Below, in pieces: positions 26,846-41,474 of a DNA stretch of 64,000 bases. The DNA is from Eledone cirrhosa (Eukaryota). The stretch covers positions 52,452,001 to 52,516,000 of the forward strand of contig OZ024740.1 of assembly GCA_964016885.1 (NCBI GenBank). The letters run 5' to 3'. The notes below the pieces were generated by a model. That model saw nothing but the letters and a program-made list of their open reading frames with translations, made no database searches and was not told where the DNA came from. The translations under genes were made by a program, and so were the position numbers. Positions within the stretch are counted from its first letter, which is position 1. Each line of letters starts with the position of its first letter.

Positions 26846-28052
26846 CTAAGTACATATTACCTTAAATGTTACCAACAATGGACAAATACAAAATAATGTC
26901 TTAAATTAACGGTGCAGGATCTTATTTTGCACAGTTCTGTTCTACCTATAACTCCGAGCTATGATAAAAACTCTTACACACAGGTATTTATTCTCAATCA
27001 ATTCTGTTTTTATATCATGCTGAAGTAAACTTGATATAAATATATTTCAATACTTTGTTTTATTTAAAGCATATTGGATACATTCGGGGAAAAAACACGG
27101 ACGACATGGTTTCACTCAAGATATTTCAGCTTTGTGAGTTTCATCACAAACTGTATTCATATGAGGTTGAAATGTTCCTCTATCTGTTGCTGGATAATGT
27201 ACTTACAGGCCAGTATACTGTTGGCCTGTAAATCTTTATTAGAATTCAATCTATTTCTGATAACTTGCCAGAAGTTGATTGCCTTCTTGGTCGATTCTAT
27301 TGTATAGGAAAAGTGTTGGCCACGGTGTGTGATCTGGTCTAGAATAACTGGATCCACGATGGGTGATATGTTAAGAAATGAAGTTGCTTTTACCATCACC
27401 TATATATGGATTGTGCTTAGTTCGGAGGTATATATCCAAACCTAATCACCTGGAGGTTTAATATAAACTGGACATGTTTGAGATGAAAGATGTCATTCAA
27501 TTTCCCGCTAATCCAGCTTGAGAATACAGTAAAGAGACACGTTTCTGTTGAATAGTAAATCACACGTTAATCCACAACCTGTGGTAGTCCAGTTGATCGA
27601 CCAACTGAATGCTCATCCGTGAAATCGACGAAGAATCCTTCAATTATACCGACCCACTACTTTACAAGTCACTTATCCACCGTCTAAGGAATGGTCTTCT
27701 AGGCCAACAAAAAGTACGTTCCTGGGTATGGCTCCGTTGTAGTAACTGGCCTTTTGGACGGCAAATTGATAGAAGAGCTAAATGTCAGACAAAATGTCTT
27801 GAGATATTTGTTGTTCGTGTAAATCCCTCTGCGGTCAACTTTACCTTTCATTCTTTCCATTTCTATTTTTAAAAAACCTTCTTCAAGAAGAGAGATGAGC
27901 AGCAGTTTGACAAAATCAAAATGGATTCTTATTAATCTGAATTAAAATCTCACTGTGTTCTTTCAACCACCGTGGAGGTGTTTGGAGGCCCGCCACTTAT
28001 ACACCCATAGTTTACCAGGGATAGTATTAGAACGATGCATGGTGTTCAACAT

Positions 28053-28161
28053 AGTTGTTTCTACTTTTGGCACAAGGCCAGCAATTATACCAGTACATTA
28101 CTGGTACTTTATTTTATCGACCCCGCAAGGATGAAATGCAAAGTTAACCCCGGCAGGATTT
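28053..28161 (-). mobile_element. Nin-domain SINE, truncated
   Basis: SINE consensus. Confidence 0.8.
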
Positions 28162-28381
28162 AGTGCAAGCAGACGATACCTAATCATGAGGATGATGATG
28201 ATGATGATGACATACAGTATGTATCATAAATGGTAATTTGATATATTCCCTCTTCCTCTTTTTCACACAACAGTGGTCAAAGATGGTCAACAGCTATTTA
28301 TATCTACCTACCTATCTTCGGACAATAAATATAACTATTTATCTTTATCTCCCTGTCCATCTGTCTGTCTATCTATTTGTC

Positions 28382-31300
28382 AAGGCCTTTTGCCTTCTTT
28401 CAAACAAACCAAGGACAAACAAGGAGCTACTACCAACACCAAAACCCCAACATCAACACCCCAAACCAAACACAACACAAAAACCTGGAACGTCCACTCC
28501 CGCACGACCACAGACCAGAGACAACAACACACACAAAATCCCACTGAAAACACCCTCCCTTGCCTCCTCTCTCTCTGTCAAATACTTCCACAAACACCTG
28601 CACAAACACTCCACCACACAACATACCCCTCCCATCCACCCCTGATTCCGAAGTCTCAGACACAGGAACCTCTACATCTCCAAGTGAGGATGAAAAGGAA
28701 CCCCAAAAATAAAAACAAAACAAAAAAAGAGACAAAAAAAACATAAAAGCAAAAATATCTACAGAAAACACGCACACACCCAACACAACCATAAACATAC
28801 CGCCACAAACGACAAACACACCAACAACACAATCACCACCAACATAACCAAACATTTCAACAACAAAACAAACACCCACACCTCCACAATCACAAACCCC
28901 AACCGCAAAAAGAAAACTACAAACAGAAACAGTACACATAAAAAACAAAACACATTACACATACATAAAAACAACAAACAAAGAACTGGTGGAAACTGTC
29001 CGAAAGGACCCCACAATCCAAAAGGAAGGGAAAACCTTCCCCACCAACGACCCACCCCAAACCTTAAACTAATCAGGGTAACAACCCTACAACACGAAAC
29101 ATTAAAAGGGAACTTCCCACATGATGTGGGCCCCCCTTGCCAAAAACCCCTTAACCGTGTCCTGCTAAAAGGATTCCCTCCGTCCCCAAACACCCCCAAT
29201 CTAGACATGGAGATCGTACAACCCACCTCCAGGAAACTAAAAGGTAAGTGTCCTGCCTTTTCACTCCCTAACTCTTCTTCGCCAACATGGCAACTATACA
29301 AGTTGGATGTTTGAATGTACGTGGCCTGGGCTTGCCCTGGAAACAGGGCCAGTCTTTGAATGATCTCAGGTCACATTGTATAGATGTGTTAGCCATCACC
29401 GAGTCCAGGATTCACGACAAGCAGCAGCTAACCCCCATTTCAGATGATTTTGAGATCTACGCTTCTCTCTGTCAGCCAGGAGGTGGGGGGGGGGGGTTGC
29501 TGTTATTTTTCGAAAAAACCTGGATCTCAAAGTACAGACGATTCACTTGGACCTGGAAGGCAGCCTGGTGGTCCTGGACGTGAATGGTAGTGAAGGTGGA
29601 GCTTTCAGACTGGGTGCCGTATATGCTCCGACTGGGACATCGCGACCAGAGTTCTTCAAGCATCTGGAGCTATTCCAAGGAACGTCTCGCTCCTTAGTGT
29701 TAGCGGGGGACTGGCATTGAATCTTAGACGCACATTGGGACTATGTAGGAGCTTGTGATAATAGAGGGAGGTGTAATAGCCTCAAAAATCTCATCAGCCA
29801 ATGCCAACTGGCTGATAAATATCGACTAGACTTCCCAAGTGCACCACTGTGAACGTGGAGCAACCACACTGGGTCTTCTAGATCGTATTTAGATAGATTT
29901 CTAATTAGACAGAATGATAAGGAAACATTAATCTGTCCACAAATGCACATGGTTGCCTATTCAGACTACAAATTAGTCACCTGCATAGTCAAACTTGATA
30001 GAACACAGACAGGGACCAGGATACTGGAAGCTAAACATGTCGCTCCCGGCGTGTAAGGCCTACAGTAAACGGATTAGCACCTTAGTTAAGAGCCAGATTA
30101 CGGGGGCCATCGTCAACAACAGGTGGTGGAGCTCTCTCAAGAGAGCAATTAGAATAGAATCGATAGCGTTTAGCAAGGAAGTAGCTTCAGAAAAAAACAG
30201 TAGAAGAAGCACTTACGAATGGCAGTACAGCTGACGTGCTAGCGGCGAGAACGGCACTAGACCAGTTCTTCAACGTGAAACGCGAAGGTTGTATTGTCAG
30301 AAGTAGAACACGTTATCTAAGAAACGAGGGAGCCAAAGCTGTTAGCTGGGCCCAAGTGGCAGAGGCGAAAAGTGGTAACAAATCTACAATTCGGTATTTC
30401 CAATACAAAGATTGACGCATTCTACTTGAATCCAAGCAGATGTGCACGGACTTCCAGCAGCATTTTGCACAACTATTCGGGCAAAGCGGTACGTCGAGCG
30501 AGGTGATGGACTTCAGTTCCTACCTCGATGGCCTACCACGACTCTCGAGCACGGATGCAGAGAGCTGCGAAAGGCCGATCACAGCGGACGAAATAGAAGA
30601 TGCCCTAGGCCGCTGTGGGAAACGCAAATCACTCGGTTTAGATGGTCTACCCTACGAGCTTTACATAGGCATGCCAGACTTGTTCCTTGGCGTCCTCGAA
30701 GCAGTCTACTGCAACTGGCAGCAGAACGGGAGGATTCCCAGTTCTGTAGGCAGAGGTGTAGTAATGCTGATCAGGAAAGATGAGAACAAGGGGGATGATA
30801 TAAGCAATTTCAGGCCCATAACTGCTCAACACAGAGTTAAAGATTTTGGCCAAGGTGTTAGCAGCGAGGCTGGCGCTTGTCGTCGAGAATCTGGTAGGGG
30901 AAGCGCAAACGTGTGCAATCCTGACCAGATCCATACACGACAACTCCACCTCACGACAACATCCACCTCATGCGATACATCATAGATAGGGTAGGGTGTA
31001 AACCTGGCTTCGGTGGGGCTCTGATCAATTTAGATCAGTCTAAGGCATTTGATAGGGTCGACCATCAATACTTGGAAGTGGTTCTCAAGGCGGCCGGCTT
31101 CAGTCCCGTCTTCAGAAGCTGGATCGCTGCCATGCACACCAGCATTCCAAATCATGCGTTCCATCCGTCAGGGATGCCCTCTCTCCTCCATTCTGTATGT
31201 ACTGACTGTCGATCCCTTACTGCGGAAGTTGGAGCTATTGCAGGGCATCCCGATTGAACTAGGACTGCAGAAAGCAGCGTCAGCCTATGCCGACGAAGTA

Positions 31301-32677
31301 ACGGTAATGGTGTCGAAAACCTCGGAAATCGGGGTAATCGGCAATCTATTACAGGAATACGAAACGTTGACAGGAGTAAGACTAAACCCAAACAAGTCTG
31401 TCGGTTTGCAACTTGGCACATGGAGAGGCAAACCCATGCTTTCAGACAGTGTCGTTGGACGTTGGACTAGTGAAATTGCTCGGGGTCTTGTTTGGTCTAG
31501 ACCTGCAGGTGGACAATAACTGGAACGAGGTCACGACGAAGGTGTTTGCACTCACCCAGAAGTAGGCTGAGTGCAAACTCTCCTTGAAAGGTCGAGCAGA
31601 GGTGGCGAACACTTACATAGCGTCCGTCATTTACTACCGCTTGACAGTCGTGCCTTGTCCCCGCAAATACCTCACCAAAATGGAACGCCTACTCTTCTAG
31701 TTCCTCTGGAAGAAACAGGCTCCATTGGTGAGGTGATCCATCTGCTGTCAACACCCTTCTAACGGAGGGCTGGGCATGCCGTGGCTGATGATGCGCAAAC
31801 ACGCGCTGATGCTACGCCATTTCCCAAGTATTCCAGACCAGCGAACCGGTGTGTTTGTCGTTTGTGAGACGAGCTCTTCCACAACTCACTAACAGAGCTG
31901 CAGTCCTGGGCCAAGCGAAGACCGAAAATGGGCGCTGGAACCTCGAGTGCCTTCAGGTGCTCACAGCCCTCTACCAAGCGGAAACGGCAATCAGCGGAGA
32001 CTCCACTTCGACATTCTATAGGGGATTAATGGAGGATAAGTGCGACGGCGTTCTCAGGAAAACTCTAGGCATCAAGGCGGACGAACTGACCAGTCTGTTC
32101 GGGAGGACTTTCCGTCCAGGGCCTATGGATAACTTCTATCGTGAGAATCACCCCGCCGCCTTCATTTATGAATGAAGGAGGGGTGGTTTTCCTCTGCCTG
32201 GTGGCTATGGCAAAATAGGTAATATGGTGGACGAGGTTAAAAGGACTGAGGGCAAACACCTTTCTCTCCGGACAACAACTCACCCCCTTCTTTAAGTACC
32301 ACTTCAGAAGGAAGGTGAGAGTGGAGAGAGAGGTGTTACACCCCAGTAAATTCGCTGAAAGGTGGGTGTATATGGCGAAAATGGCCCGAGTGAATGGGCC
32401 TTCTCTATATATAAACCTGTAGGTTGAGGAAGATAAACAGAGGGTAGACTGGAACACTTACAAAACGTGTTCCTGGTGTTGAGGGTTTTACTATCCACGG
32501 GTGTAAAACAACCCCGCTGTAGCGTCCCCCCCCCCCCCCCACTAGTGGGGATTTCAATTGTTTTATTTTTTATATAGTTTACTGTTATTTATCATTGTTA
32601 AAGATTTTATGAAAAAACCCCGCCGTCACGTCTTGTAATGTCCCTTTTTGTGCGCCCCTGGGGCAAATAAAGAAAGA
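28382..32677 (+). mobile_element. Older Tx1/L1-clade LINE, 5'-truncated within ORF1, 12-bp TSD
   Basis: ORF2 starts MATIQVGCLNVRGL at 29287; APE and RT motifs (GYWKLN, KAFDRVD, QGCPLS, AYADEV) with many stops; TATCTATTTGTC at 28370-28381 and 32678-32689. Confidence 0.92.
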
Positions 32678-32738
32678 TATCTATTTGTCGATCTATTTAG
32701 CTACTTACCTATCCCTCTACCTGCCTACCTAACTACTT

Positions 32739-33057
32739 ACTCTCCAAGTATCAGTCGCTCTCCGACAGATTTGCGGTCGTGCCTCCAGCAGTGGAGACTT
32801 CTGGTGTCCTTGGCCCTAGGGCTACCTCCCTACTTAACACCATAGGCGCTGAGCTGGCTAGCCGCAGATGTGAGCCTCGCAAGATGGAATGACTCTTCCA
32901 GCACCATCCTCCGGGGAAACCCCTTCTCCATTCTGGCCGCCAGGGCCGTGGGGCGGCCAGCACGTGGGACCCCATTTGCTCATAATACAGAGAGATGGGG
33001 AGGGCGAGAGAGGCGATGACAGTGGGACTTCGGCTCTTCCGCGTTCGGACCTGGTGT
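32739..33057. repeat. Unclassified GC-rich dispersed repeat (also 33221-33417 and 58072-58381)
   Basis: Shared ACTCTCCAAGTA..GTCGCTCTCCGACAG..GCAGTGGAGACTTCTGGTGTCCTTG; two copies end at TTCGGACCTGGTGT. Confidence 0.75.
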
Positions 33058-34394
33058 GCAGCGTCAATTGTCCGTAGGGAGGTAGTGATTCGTACATACA
33101 TATATATATGTATGTATGCATATATAAGTATTATATTGTTCTCTATCGTTTCACTACTTACCTACCTATCTACCTAAATACATACGAGTTCTGTGTCTTT
33201 TGTTTGTATTTTTTTTTTTTAGCGAGCTGGAATGGTTCTTCCAGCGCGTCTTCCTCACCATCTTCCGGGAAAACGTCTCCTCTCTTCTATCTACCGGGGC
33301 CGCGGGGCGGTCAGCGCGTGGGCCCCCATTTTCTGATAGCAGTGAGATTTGTGGAGAGCGGGAAAAACGGAGGACGTGACAGTGGGAGTTTGGTTCCTTT
33401 GTGTTCGGACCTGGTGTATATGTATATATTTACTTACCACACCACACACATTAATAGTTAAACCTAAACACATGGAAAGCTTTTAGATAAGTTATATTAA
33501 CTGGAATATTCTTCAAAGTAGATTGTAATGTTTCCTTATTTACTTTTATTAAAATAAACATTTTTATCTGTAATTCACTCACAAACAAATACATATACAT
33601 TTTTTAAGGTTTCTCCTTTAAAAAAAAAATTTTTCGTTTTGCCTTGCCCTCTCTTTGTTAATTTTTCTAAGTTTATCAATACTAATGTGACGAACGTTTT
33701 ATCTCTTCTCCCCACATTAATTTCAATGGCTTACATTTTTAACACGATATCTTACTTTCTTCTTCTTGCCGTTTTCTGCCTTTGTTTCATTCATGAGACT
33801 CTCGTGCTATAAACATCGCCACACCTTTCCCTGGCGTCACATAATTTTATGTGTACTTGTTATAGCTTAATTGCTATAAATTAATGTTTTGTCTCTCGTC
33901 TCGTGCTCCACTGGACAGCGTTTTGGCTTGTGTCAGATGCTGTGACACCGGGTGGATTAACAGTACCATTAGTAGGTTTTTGATGCTTCCAAATTCCATT
34001 TCAACGGTCGATGACCCTGGAGTCCTGTGTGGTTCGTTTATATTTTTATTTTTCAAAATAATTTAAGGTTTCTCCTTTAATAAATTATTTTTCGTTTTGC
34101 CTTGTTTTCGTCCGTTGTTTTGTTCTCTTTTTTTAAATTTTGGTAAGTTTACATACATACCTAGCTACCTAGCTACCTACCTACCTACCTACCTACCTAC
34201 CTACCTACCTACCTACCTACCTACCTACCTAACTACCTACCTACCTACCTAGCTACCTACCTAGCCTACATACATACATAGATACCTACATACATACCTA
34301 GCTACCTACCTACATACATACATACATACATACATACATACATACATACATACATACATACATACATACATACATACATACATACATACATACA

Positions 34395-35000
34395 GGGAGG
34401 CTGCCAACTCGTTTTCGAGTACGGCCACTAATTTATATCCATGTAGGACAACCCCTACCGATGCGCTGAACGAGTGTGACTTTTTAACCCAGCCAGCGAC
34501 TTGAAAACTCTGGTACAAACACTACACTTGTGACAATTATTGACACAGTGCTGGGCCCATGGTACCATGTGCCGACAAGTGCAGAGTGATCTCCAGATAT
34601 AAAGCAATGCCTGTGCCGTGAAGCTTTTATAGTGAGCAAAGGCACCGCACAAATCCAGTCCCACTCTCTTAACCAAGATGATATTTACCAAAAAGAAGAA
34701 CAAGTCAACATCATTGGATACCATCAGGGATGCAGGTGTTATATCAGAGTTTTCCTTTTCTTAGAATTCTGCCTTGACAAAGGCTAAGAGGTCATCTCTC
34801 TCGGTGATTTTGGATGGCCATTGACTCTTAAGAGCTCCTTTTCCCTATGACAGGTTTTGTTTTTAGTCCTGCAGGATGTCCAAAGTCACCCTCCTCACCA
34901 AGAAACCTTGGTGGGGTTGCAAGTTTAGTCGCCAACGACCCGACCATGAGACAGGTTGTACTGGGATACATGTTACCAGTAGCACCAACTGGTGACCTGA
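34395..35000 (-). mobile_element. Non-autonomous RTE-clade derivative, copy 1
   Basis: 3' end encodes CSVCTRVFKSLAGLKSHTRSAHR* (C2H2 finger typical of RTE ORF ends), short UTR, (TGTA)n tail; no RT. Confidence 0.72.
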
Positions 35001-35138
35001 CATACATACATACATACATACATACCTAGCTACCTACCTACCTACATACATACATACATGCATGCATGCATGCATGCATACATACCTACCTACCTACCTA
35101 CCTACATACATACATACATACATACATACATACATACA

Positions 35139-35713
35139 TGGTGGCTGCCAACTCGTTTTCGAGTACGGCCACTACTTTATATCCATGTAGGAGAACCCCT
35201 ACGGATGCGCTGAACGAGTGTGACTTTTTAGTCCAGCCAGCGATTTGAAAACTCTGGTACAAACACTACACTTTTGACAATTATTGACACATAGTGCTGG
35301 GCCCATGGTACCATCTGACGACAAGTGCAGAGAGATCTCCAGATATAAAGCAATGCCTGTGCCGTGAAGCTTTTATAGTGAGCAAAGGCACTGCACAAAG
35401 CCAGTCCCACTCTCTTAACCAAGATGATATGTACCAAAAAGAAGAACAAGTCAACATCATTGGATACCATCAGGGTTGCAGGTGTTATATCAGAGTTTTC
35501 CTTCTCCTAGAATTCTGCCTTGACAAAGGCTAAGGGGTCATCTCTCCCGGTGATTTTGGATGGCCATTGACTCTTAAGAGCTCCTTTGCCCTTTGACAGG
35601 TTTTGTTTTTAGTTCTGCCAGGATGTCCAAAGTCACCCTCCTCACCAAGAAACCTTGGTGGGGTTGCCAGTTTAGTCGCCAACGACCCGACCATGAGACA
35701 GGTTGTACTGGGA
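35139..35713 (-). mobile_element. Non-autonomous RTE-clade derivative, copy 2
   Basis: Colinear with 34395-35000, inside (TACA)n. Confidence 0.72.
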
Positions 35714-35880
35714 TACATACCTACATACATACATACATACATACCTACCTACCTACCTACATACATGCATACATACATACATACCTACCTACCTACCTAC
35801 CTACCTACATACATACATACATACATACATACATACATACATACATACATACATACATACATACATACATACATACATAC

Positions 35881-36462
35881 AAAAACATGCGCAGTAGTGG
35901 AAAACATGCACAGTAGTGGAAATTAGCTGCCCAGCAGATGCCAATATAATATCAAAGATTAGTGAAAAGGAGAATATTTATGCAGAACTGATGAGAAATC
36001 TGCAGATACTCCACCCTGATTACACCTTCAGATTTATGTCTGTGATTATTGGGGCACTGGGATATGTTAGTAACTGCCTCAATACAAATCTTGAGAAGCT
36101 AGGTTTCACAGTAACAGAAAGAACACAACTAGTTAGGAAACTACAAGTACAATCCATTAATGGAACTGTAAAAATATGTAAAACATTCCAAATATTTTGC
36201 ATCTAATAACTGCGTATACACATGTACAGATACAAAGCATATACACATGCACACATACAACTCAAAATATACACATCCACACATACAACTCAAAATATAC
36301 ACATCCACACATACAATAACATCCATATCTACACATGCATGCATACATACATATCTACCTAGTTGATGTTGTGTAAATTCCAATGAGAGGGTCTTGTGTC
36401 TATGTTAGAAACCGACTCTCTCTCTATTGGTAAAACTTTGTGAAATTATAAAACCAGAAGAA
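35881..36462 (+). mobile_element. R4/Dong-like RLE non-LTR retrotransposon 3' fragment
   Basis: ORF 35916-36206: EISCPADANI..K..EKENIY..L..VIIGALGYV..LEKLG..LQ..SINGT.KI; (TACA)n on both sides. Confidence 0.8.
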
Positions 36463-36576
36463 CATACATACCTACATACATACATACATACCTACATACA
36501 TACATACATACCTACATACATAGATACATACCTACATACCTATATACCTGCATACATACATACCTACATACATACA

Positions 36577-36855
36577 TGGCGGCTGCCAACTCGTTTTCGA
36601 GTACGGCCACTACTTTATATCCATGTAGGAGAACTCCTACCGATGCGCTGAACGAGTGTGACTTTTTAGTCCAGCCATGTAGGTATGTACATACATACAT
36701 ACATACATACATACATACATACATACATACATACATACATACATACATACATACATGGTGGCTGCCAACTCGTTTTCGAGTACGGCCACTACTTTATATC
36801 CATGTAGGAGAACCCCTACCGATGCGCTGAACGAGTGTGACTTTTTGGACAGCCA
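36577..36855 (-). mobile_element. Two 3'-end stubs (about 100 bp) of the RTE derivative (36577-36677, 36756-36855)
   Basis: Same 3' terminal sequence, separated by (TACA)n. Confidence 0.78.
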
Positions 36856-37186
36856 CACACATACAGTTACACAGTTATACACAGACATATAAATATTCAG
36901 ACGGCATCCCCCAAATTACTGCCACAGCTACCCTTACCACCCAGCTACCCGACTCTATGATTACTACATGGTTCCTCTTCCTCTAAACTTGCCAACTATT
37001 TTCCATCTTATGATCCTTCTTCTCTTTCTCTATGGGGTTTGCACAATCAATTTCTCATTTTTCTAAACTAAACAAATATTTTACCAAATGTTTCCTTCTC
37101 GCAATTTCCTCCCCTCGAAATTTCATTTAAATAAAAGTACTAGTCCAATAGTGTGATCGTTTCTTCCTCTCTCTCTCTAACACACA

Positions 37187-37274
<88 letters not shown>

Positions 37275-38193
37275 CACTACGGTGCCTCTACGACTCCACC
37301 AGGAGTTATGGGTTCATACATACATAACAACAACTGCATCTCTTCTTTCTTTCTTCTTTTAACAAACATCGACCTATAAGGCGATCGAGCTAAATATGAA
37401 CAATATTGACCTGACCAGGCTGGAGAGGAATCGTAAAAGACGGTGCTAGAACACATGGTTTTTATTGGTGAGCGAAGAAGGGGCAGTAATCATGTCTTTT
37501 GGAGACCTTTCTAGACAAATGAAATTGATGGGATCGATTTGCAGACGAGATATCTGCAGATATTTAGTAGTTATCCTACAGGAAATAAAGCGGTTGTTTG
37601 GTGTTAATGTTTGCAACTAGAGAAACTCTACTAAAAGTGCCCTGGGACCAGGTGATGGTGTTTAACAGGACTGCTTTTGACACTGCTACCGCAGATAATA
37701 ATCTCATTTTTATGCATCATTAACAATTTCTTTTATTAATTCTGTAAATTTTCTCATACAAACTTTATATAAGAAGAACATTACTAGCTATTAAAGTATG
37801 CTATGAAAATGGACACTATTACAATGAAATTACAGAAAGCATTCTTCTTCTTTAATGTTAATGCTATATTCGTAGTACAATTATTAACCATACAGTGACG
37901 GCTATTTGTGAACAAATCCGTTAACAAAGCATGAAATAATAAGATAAATCAGAAGAAGAAGAAAGGAAGGAAGGAAGGAACCAATTGCTATAATCCGATT
38001 AAATTTACAATCTGCTTTGAGAGAATAAATTGCAGATTATTTTTAAGAATCATTTATATTCAGACGAAAGATTCCATATGATTAAGAAACTACTGCTTCT
38101 TTTCATTCCTTCAATTTTAAATGTTCTTTTTGGTGTGTACGTTTTGCAGACTCTGCTAATTTGAAGTTGAAATTTGTGTTTTTTCATTTCATT

Positions 38194-38308
<115 letters not shown>

Positions 38309-38361
38309 TTTAGTTATATTGTTTTGTTTTTTTTTGTTTTATTATATGTTCATTATTTCAT

Positions 38362-38471
38362 TAATCCCGCCGAGGTTGACTTTGCCTTTCATCCTTATGG
38401 GGTCGATAAAATAAAGTACCAGTAATGCACTGGGTAATTTGCTGGCCTTGTGCCTAAAGTAGAAACAATTA
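38362..38471 (+). mobile_element. Nin-domain SINE, truncated
   Basis: GCCTTTCATCCTTATGGGGTCGATAAAATAAAGTACCAG. Confidence 0.83.
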
Positions 38472-41400
38472 TTTCATTTCTGTTTTATTAATTTTTCGTT
38501 TAGTTCTGCCTGAAGGCAATATGAACTTTGAAAACTACAAATACATCGATCTCTTTATCACAAGGCCTAAAAATATTGTCATTTAGATCCCTTACAGACA
38601 TAAACGAGTAGACGTATAGTAGAAGACATTTCAGTTGTGACCATCAGATTTTTCCAGATATTGTAGAACCATGACTACATTATCTAATATGTCGTTTCCA
38701 TTTTTAAGTCGGTAAGATACGATTTTAGGAAAATGTGGCTGCTATTTCTAGTAAGTCGACTAACTACATAGAAACTCATCTTTTTCTAAACATTTTCCTA
38801 TGGAAAGGAAGTTATAACTATGAGCTCTGTGTATACGACTAGGACCAGTGTAATGTTGTTTAGCCCCATGTCATGGCTTAATCGTCTGAAGCTATTTTCA
38901 AAGTCATTTCAGCTGTGACTATCCTGTCTTTGTATAGGTCTCTAGGAAAAGATTATCTAATGTGTCCTTTCCTTTTATTAAATTACAGATGTTATCAACA
39001 GATTGTTATTATCAAAATTAATGGGTACTCAAACCCCTTATTTGCATAATGTTTCCCATCGGTTATTGTTACCGGTAAAGCTTTGTCTCAAAGTAATCGT
39101 TATATGGACAAAATAATTAAATGAATTTATAAAAGCAGTCATACTTTTTATAAAGACATAATTTAAAGAAACAAGAAAAATATTGGATTATCTACGTACA
39201 CACTACTAAGAAACTACCGGCTAGTTTGTGTCACCTTGCCAATTCTCTTAACACACCTCTTTAGGTGCCTAGCCCACCCAAAGGCATTCATGAGCATTTT
39301 CGGTGTTGGACGGAACAAGTAGTATCCAACATTTTTTCACTTTCTGTTCTTTGCGTTGACCCCAACGGTTTTCCACCTCTGTTCAGTTTACATTTTCTCA
39401 TTCTCTCTAGAAGGTAGTGTGATAATGCTGGGAGGGCTTCTTGGTTGTCTGCTCTTTGGTCATCAATTTTAAAGACAGAAAGAAGTGGCGAATCTTTTGA
39501 CCATCCTAGGATATGCAACCGGTGGTGATAATGGTCATACTTTCGAAACACAAGCCTCTGGGACCTACTGTTGTTGCTGCTTTTTCTGCAGCTCTTTTCT
39601 CTCTGCTTTTTTGGAAGCTTTTACACAACCCTTGTTGCTACACATGTGGCAGCTAGGTCTGCCTTGTGCCACCAGCCTCTTAGCTTTTCTTTCACCTCTT
39701 CTCTATGGTTTTGTGATATTCGGAGATAATCAAAAAGTGTATGTACATTGAAACCCCTCTTTGTCGCATACCATGTCTTGCTATCTCAGTACACGTCACC
39801 TTCCCGAACTGTTCCACAAAGGGAACGACAAGTTAAAAGTCAACGACATTGCCTGAGCACTTTTAGAACGAAATACATAAGCTACAACCAAACTTCTCCT
39901 GGGAAAAGCTAACAAAAATAGTGCAACGATTACTGAGTAACAAAGTAGGCAATAAACCATACAATGAGGTTGGGAAATAAGAGGTGATGATAAGAACGGT
40001 GATGTTTGTGAGATATGAAATAGAAGAGCCAACATACAGCTTTTTGTAGTTAAATTTATAATGCTCTTTGAGCTAAGGGCATTTTTTAATTAGATCTGTT
40101 GAGAGTTAAAATCATATCGGCAGCTATGCAACAAATATTTAATTAACATCCCTTAGCTAATAATTTAGAATTAAATCTAGATATAACTCATTTATTTTTA
40201 TGGAATCTTTTTTTTTTATTCATTACATTTTTTTTCTTTTTTTTTTGCTTTAATAACATTTCGCACCTTTTTATCTTTAATTAAAATATATATATGAATC
40301 TTCAGGGGGAATATTATATCATATCCATATGATTGTTTTTGTTCTTGGATTTTCATGCAGAACAACCCAAGGCTAAATCATTTTAAAATTGACTATAGTT
40401 TTACAATAATTATCAATTTTGTTTCGTATATGGTTTTAAAATAAGCAACTTTTTAAAGCAAAACTTCCAGTTTGTAGAAAAAAAAAGAAATGTATGTGTT
40501 TAGGTGATTAAATCATTAAATAAACATCTGTTATTCTAAGTTTAACAATAATGACAAAAAATATATTAATAATTAACTTTCATATATTTGTTTTGTATAT
40601 TGCTCGTGCTTACTATGTCTATTTTCTAGCCATGAATAGGTGGTATTTTCGTCTACTCAAGTAATGTAGCTTTTTAATATTCCGATAGAAAAAATTCTTA
40701 GTCTTCTATTACAATTCTGTCACTTCTAGGATGCATTCTAAGGATATATATTGGTCCAATACTTGACTGATACTTTATTTTATCGACCCCTGCCCCGGAA
40801 GGATGAAAGGCAAAGCTGACCTCGGGGCTAAGGACTATAACTAAACATCACAAAACCTGTTATCCAACGATTTCATGTGAAAAATATATTTATCAAGCAA
40901 ATGGTGTGCATTAGATTATATAAGAAATTTTATTTACATAAATTTTTCTCATAATAAACAAACAGGGAGATAGGAAAAAAGAAACATGGGTACACTCTAC
41001 ACCTCTGACTTGGCGATATATCTCAGCTGAACCACCAACAAGCTAACGATTTTCCTAGTCCTTGATTTAACACGTTAATCCAATCTATAATCTAATGAAG
41101 AACAGGGGATTCAGAAGGTGTTAATACCCTATTACCTGTAATCTAACAATGGAAAACCCAAAGTCTTAGGCTTCGGTAACGGAGTAAAACCGGCAGAGTA
41201 TCACAGCAGAATTAGACAAAATACCTACGAGTGATTTTGGTGAAACTAGAAAAGTATATAACTTACGGTGGACGAGCAGAAATGTGAGGTGTTCTGACTC
41301 GACGTAACTAGTGGGTTCGCATCCATATGTGGGTGGGTAGCTTTAAATATTTTTCAGGTTTTATACATCTCTTTCATTACATCGGGGATATATCAGAAAT

Positions 41401-41474
41401 ATTTTAACAACCATTTGTTCTTCAATAATGCCATCCATGTTGTCGGTGTTTTTGTTGCTGCTGTTCTTGTTCTA

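Noticed and set aside
27157-27740. 80-aa minus-strand ORF and coding-like neighbourhood
   Set aside because: No motif or convincing splice structure recognised; possibly a decayed TE. Needs a translated search.
34900-35000. HDV-like ribozyme at the 5' end of the RTE derivative
   Set aside because: Hairpins exist but the nested double-pseudoknot order could not be built.
39288-39700. Cys/Lys-rich minus-strand fragments resembling a DNA transposase C-terminus
   Set aside because: No catalytic motif or TIRs could be identified.
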